A DNA stretch of 11,790 bases. It comes from Candidatus Bipolaricaulia bacterium. GTDB taxonomy: Bacteria > Bipolaricaulota > Bipolaricaulia > JBHIAT01. The notes beneath the pieces were generated by a model. The model was given only the letters and a program-made list of their open reading frames with translations, was not told the DNA's origin and made no database searches. The stretch is from assembly GCA_046758705.1 (NCBI GenBank), contig JBHIAT010000118.1, positions 1 to 11,790 on the forward strand, given 5' to 3'. The position numbers were made by a program, and so were the translations under genes. Of this stretch, positions 8,358 through 11,790 are shown one piece after another; position 1 is the stretch's first letter, and each line of letters starts with the position of its first letter.

Positions 8358-8439
8358 CCATGCGCCAACTGCAGGGGATCGATCTGTAACGCCCTCTCTC
8401 TAAAGATATCGGGCCTCCCACCTGGATTCGAACTGTACC

Positions 8440-8470
8440 AAAGGACAGGGTTCAACCCTGTCCTTTTTTT
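8440..8470 (+). terminator. Possible rho-independent terminator (alternatively paired regulator boxes)
   Basis: Perfect 13-bp inverted repeat AAAGGACAGGGTT-C-AACCCTGTCCTTT (8440-8466) whose right arm runs into a 7-T tract (8464-8470), about 80 nt after the YdcF stop. Confidence 0.5.
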
Positions 8471-8515
8471 AGGAAAAAAACAGGCCTTGTTCCTGATGTG
8501 CACACCCATTTCTCG

Positions 8516-8565
8516 TGTTACCTTTAAGTAAAAGTAACCTTTGAGCAAAAGTCAGACGAAAGGAG
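8516..8565 (+). promoter_or_regulatory. Putative extended -10 promoter and RBS of the SDR/QueA-like operon
   Basis: TG-n-TACCTT (8516-8524) with no good -35; SD AAAGGAG (8559-8565) 7 nt before ATG 8573. Confidence 0.45.
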
Positions 8566-8572
8566 CTCGATC

Positions 8573-9289
8573 ATGGCCTTAAATAAACATCAAACCGCGC
8601 TGATCACCGGCGCATCCCGTGGACTTGGCCTGGCGCTCGCCCGCCAACTTGCCCAGCGCAGATGGCATTTGATCATTGATGCTCGTGGTGGACAGGCTCT
8701 CGAGGCCGTTCGTGTAGAACTCTCGAAACTGACAGAGGTGACGGCCATCCCTGGTGATGTGACCGATGAGACGCACCGCTGGCGGCTTGCCGAGGCTGCC
8801 AGAGCCAGTGGCGGCCTGGACGCAGTCGTGAACAACGCCAGCACCCTGGGTCCCAGTCCGCAGCCTCATCTGCTCGATTACCCTCTGGATGTGCTTGAGC
8901 AGGTCTACCGCACAAACGTGATCGCCCCACTGGCGCTGCTCCAGGCGGTCCAGGACGCGTTAAAGCCCGGCGCTCGTGTGATCAACGTGACCAGTGACGC
9001 CGGCCTCGAAGCCTACGCAGGCTGGGGTGGATACGGTTCAAGCAAGGCTGCACTCGAACAGCTCTCGGCCGTCTTCGCCGTCGAAAATCCCTCACTGCGC
9101 GTCTATTGGGTGGATCCGGGTGACATGCGTACGCAAATGCAACAGGAGGCTTTTCCCGGTGAGGACATCAGCGATCGTCCTCCACCGGAGGAGAGCGTAC
9201 CCGGTCTCCTTACGCTGCTTGAAGATAACAGGTCCAGTGGCCGCTACATGGCTCGCAAACTAAACGAGAACGAGAAGAAAAGAAAATGA
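8573..9289 (+). CDS. Classical short-chain dehydrogenase/reductase (SDR), probably NADP(H)-preferring
   Basis: TGASRGLG Rossmann motif, GDV, VVNNA, catalytic S (VTSDA), YGSSK, VDPGDMRT. Arg in the Gly motif and after beta2 (DAR) suggests NADPH. Confidence 0.93.
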   Translation: MALNKHQTALITGASRGLGLALARQLAQRRWHLIIDARGGQALEAVRVELSKLTEVTAIPGDVTDETHRWRLAEAARASGGLDAVVNNASTLGPSPQPHLLDYPLDVLEQVYRTNVIAPLALLQAVQDALKPGARVINVTSDAGLEAYAGWGGYGSSKAALEQLSAVFAVENPSLRVYWVDPGDMRTQMQQEAFPGEDISDRPPPEESVPGLLTLLEDNRSSGRYMARKLNENEKKRK

Positions 9290-10455
9290 ACGAGAATTTC
9301 AGTACAACACTATCTCTGCCATCCACAGCCGTTCCGGAGTTAAGCGCATTAGATTTTCATCTGCCGCCGGAGCTCGAGGCCAGCGAACCGCCCGAGGCTC
9401 GTGGCCTGTCACGCGACGAGGTGCGATTGATGGTCTCTTATCGTGCCGGTAACCGCATTGTGCATACGAAGTTCCACGACCTCCCCGATTTCCTCGACGC
9501 CGGCGACGTGTTGGTGATCAATACCAGCGGCACGATGAACGCGGCGATGAACGCCACCCGTGCGGACGGCACGCCACTCGAGTTGCATCTGTCCACCAAA
9601 CTCCCGGGGGGACTGTGGGTGGTGGAACTGCGTCAACCGGATGATGTGACCACAAAACCCTTCTATACAGCCACGGCTGGGGAGACCCTCTCACTACCGG
9701 ACGGCGCTTCAATCACCCTTCATGCACCGTACCGGCAGGATCATCGTACGACCGAAACGGGTGGTGAAGGTCGCGTTCGGCTGTGGATTGCGACCGTTGA
9801 CCTTCCCGATCCGTTGGACAATTATCTGACACGGCACGGTTTCCCGATTCGTTATCGCTACGTCAATCAGAGCTGGCCGCTCTCCTACTATCAGACGGCC
9901 TACGTCACTGAGATGGGCAGCGCTGAAATGCCCTCGGCCGGGCGGGCGTTCACGCCTGAACTGATGACCCAACTGGTCGCGCGGGGTGTTCAAGTGGTTC
10001 CCTTGATCCTGCACACAGGTGTCGCCAGTCTAGAGGATCACGAACCGCCGTATGAGGAGTACTACCACGTGCCACCCGAAACCGCCCGCATCGTAAACGC
10101 TGCGCATGCTGTCAGCAAGCGGATCATAGCGGTTGGTACGACGGTGGTGCGAGCCCTTGAGACCGTCACCGACGAACAGGGCATCACCCATCCAGGCAAG
10201 GGTTGGACGCGCGTGATCGTCACACCCGAACGTGGCATACGGGCCGTAGATGCGTTATTGACCGGACTGCACGAGCCGCGCGCCACACATCTCGCCATGT
10301 TAGAAGCGCTTGTCGGCCTCGATCACTTGCTCGTCACCTACGACGAGGCACTTGAGAAGGGTTACCTATGGCACGAGTTCGGGGACCTGCATTTGATATT
10401 GCCCTGGCCTCTTCCTAGCCTCACGGACAGGGAATCCGCTCCGGCCCCTGGTTGA
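9286..10455 (+). CDS. QueA-like protein (SAM:tRNA ribosyltransferase-isomerase family, divergent paralog)
   Basis: DFHLPPEL, GD.LV.N, YQT, LH.G, IAVGTTVVRALE and terminal GD..LI follow QueA order, but several signature motifs are replaced (see findings). ATGA overlap with the SDR. Confidence 0.88.
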   Translation: MNENFSTTLSLPSTAVPELSALDFHLPPELEASEPPEARGLSRDEVRLMVSYRAGNRIVHTKFHDLPDFLDAGDVLVINTSGTMNAAMNATRADGTPLELHLSTKLPGGLWVVELRQPDDVTTKPFYTATAGETLSLPDGASITLHAPYRQDHRTTETGGEGRVRLWIATVDLPDPLDNYLTRHGFPIRYRYVNQSWPLSYYQTAYVTEMGSAEMPSAGRAFTPELMTQLVARGVQVVPLILHTGVASLEDHEPPYEEYYHVPPETARIVNAAHAVSKRIIAVGTTVVRALETVTDEQGITHPGKGWTRVIVTPERGIRAVDALLTGLHEPRATHLAMLEALVGLDHLLVTYDEALEKGYLWHEFGDLHLILPWPLPSLTDRESAPAPG

Positions 10456-11347
10456 TGAATGCTTCGATGAACGCCTCGATCCGGTCGTGGTCGAACTCGT
10501 CGAACTTGTCGATCTGGCCCCAGGCGGTCAACGCAATGTTGCGATCCAGACCCGGATATGGCGCGATGATCAACCGGCAGTGCCTCTCGGTGAAACTGCG
10601 CAGCTCGTCGACGATCGAGTCGGCGATCCCGAGCCGGTACTGGATTATGACCCCTCCATGTTCCAGGTTATGGACCTGGAGTTCATCGGGGATCGGTTCG
10701 GTGTGCACCCCCCAAGGGGCGGTGAATGGATAATGCCAGCCTGAGGTGGCCGGCACGGAATTGTATGGGGGATGGGATTGTCCCTGGCCTATATGCTGGA
10801 ATCCCTGGATCGGGACCGAGATCGCCTGTAAGGCTTCGGTCTCTCTCGCCCCTTCAGGCGGCGATCCCTCCTCAGACACAGGGATACCCAGATCCATCAC
10901 GCTCTGTGCACCAACGGTAAGGATCTTCCACTCCGCCTTCTCTTTCACCACCGCGAAGATTTCCAGTTCTTCCTCCGGTTCATCGCCGAATTGAGCGATC
11001 ACACGCACGCCGGCTTTCTGTTCATCCAGATAGAAAATCTCCGGCGTGAGAGTGACATTGAGCGTACCCTCGGATGTCTCAGGTATAGATGTTCCCTCAT
11101 CGCTAAAGGCCGCGGCGATCTCAAGCTTCAGCTCCTTATAACCCAACCCCGACTCATCATGATAGGCTTTGGAGATCGTGGACATGAACAGGATTAAACT
11201 CCTCGTTTGAAACGCCCGCTCCAATCGATCGAACAGTTCGATGATCTGCTCCTCATCGGTGAGCTCGACTTCGTCCGCCACGGCAGGGAGCCAAAGCCCC
11301 CAGACGAGGATGAAGATCCATATCAAGATGTTAATGGATTTGCTCAT
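10421..11347 (-). CDS. Secreted protein: signal peptide + putative NTF2/SnoaL-like domain + C-terminal DUF3105 domain
   Basis: Sec-type signal ending PAVA|DE. C-terminal H....H..YNS.PATSGWHY, VHNLEHGGVIIQY, IIAPYPGL...IALTAWG and F......GPE match DUF3105. The N-terminal domain (EEQIIELFDRLERAF...FMSTIS..Y...KE..EWKI) resembles NTF2-like folds (lower confidence). Confidence 0.8.
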   Translation of the reverse strand: MSKSINILIWIFILVWGLWLPAVADEVELTDEEQIIELFDRLERAFQTRSLILFMSTISKAYHDESGLGYKELKLEIAAAFSDEGTSIPETSEGTLNVTLTPEIFYLDEQKAGVRVIAQFGDEPEEELEIFAVVKEKAEWKILTVGAQSVMDLGIPVSEEGSPPEGARETEALQAISVPIQGFQHIGQGQSHPPYNSVPATSGWHYPFTAPWGVHTEPIPDELQVHNLEHGGVIIQYRLGIADSIVDELRSFTERHCRLIIAPYPGLDRNIALTAWGQIDKFDEFDHDRIEAFIEAFINQGPERIPCP

Positions 11348-11348
11348 A

Positions 11349-11729
11349 TCACACCTGGCTGAGATGTTCTCCGATCTCCTGTAGTTCTTTGATAAACCGG
11401 TCGCGATCGTACAGCGACCCGCTCAAATAAGTGCTCCAGCCCGCCGTGAACTTGGCGATATGCACAACCTCCTGAACCTCTGCTGCACTCGCCCCGTGGA
11501 ACTGGGCCATTGCCGAGTGGAAGTTGGAACAGTACCAACAGTGGAGGACAGATGCGATCCCGAGTCCGATCAACTCCCGATATTTGGCCGGAATCGCGGT
11601 CTCGCCGAGTTCAAACCGTTTGAACAGCTCCCACTCGTCGTCAATGGTATCATCAGGTAAGCCCTCAAAAAACCCGGGCACCTGTCCGAGGATTCGTTTC
11701 ATTTCGGCATGTGCCGTCTCTCGTGACAT
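11349..11729 (-). CDS. Carboxymuconolactone decarboxylase/AhpD-like family protein with CxxC
   Basis: AhpD core motif KYRELIGLGIAS..HCWYCSNFH...A...GAS..E..E. Start placed at ATG 11729 (MSRETAHAEMKRILGQVPGFF); the ORF is open to 11765. Stop lies 1 nt before the DUF3105 start. Confidence 0.88.
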   Translation of the reverse strand: MSRETAHAEMKRILGQVPGFFEGLPDDTIDDEWELFKRFELGETAIPAKYRELIGLGIASVLHCWYCSNFHSAMAQFHGASAAEVQEVVHIAKFTAGWSTYLSGSLYDRDRFIKELQEIGEHLSQV

Positions 11730-11790
11730 AATTCTAACTCTCGGTTCGCTAACTTTCCTGAGCAAAAACGAAATTTGTTCAGGCGCTTTC

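Noticed and set aside
8360-8500. Intact tRNA gene or riboswitch (e.g. preQ1 or SAM) upstream of the SDR/QueA-like operon
   Set aside because: No cloverleaf can be built and I recognise no preQ1 or SAM aptamer consensus. An Infernal/Rfam scan would be decisive.
8336-8548. 70-aa - strand ORF in the YdcF-SDR intergenic region
   Set aside because: Runs through palindromes and A/T tracts that are better explained as regulatory DNA; no SD or protein-like features.
9286-10455. Assigning the gene symbol queA
   Set aside because: Most canonical QueA signature motifs are substituted and there is no tgt/que context, so orthology is not supported.
11730-11765. TTG-started 12-aa extension of the CMD/AhpD protein
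   Set aside because: No clear SD, and the family-like sequence begins at MSRE. Not fully excluded because the ATG 11729 SD is also weak.
1-11790. CRISPR array, transposase, integrase, phage or defence genes
   Set aside because: No regularly spaced repeats and no ORF with the relevant motifs were seen.

Overview
Gene-dense, moderately GC-rich bacterial chromosomal window with 12 credible CDSs in four blocks. (1) A promoter-led operon on + encoding a Tat-exported family-5 solute-binding protein, two Opp/Dpp-type permeases and a DUF917 enzyme, with no ATPase gene. (2) An AIM24/TIGR00266 gene on - whose Shine-Dalgarno points to an ATA codon. (3) A + strand block: a cytoplasmic Cys-containing GAF/HisKA_3 kinase (YhcY/AirS-like), a NarL-type regulator, a YdcF/DUF218 gene, a palindrome-rich promoter region, then a translationally coupled SDR plus a divergent QueA paralog. 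(4) An AhpD/CMD-like CxxC protein and a secreted NTF2-like/DUF3105 fusion on -. The best candidate for an undescribed system is the redox-sensor TCS + SDR + QueA-like module. The QueA-like protein keeps the fold-level motifs but replaces most canonical QueA signature motifs, and no tgt/que gene is nearby. No rRNA, intact tRNA, CRISPR array, transposase or integrase was seen. All family calls come from motif recognition by eye; no searches were run.
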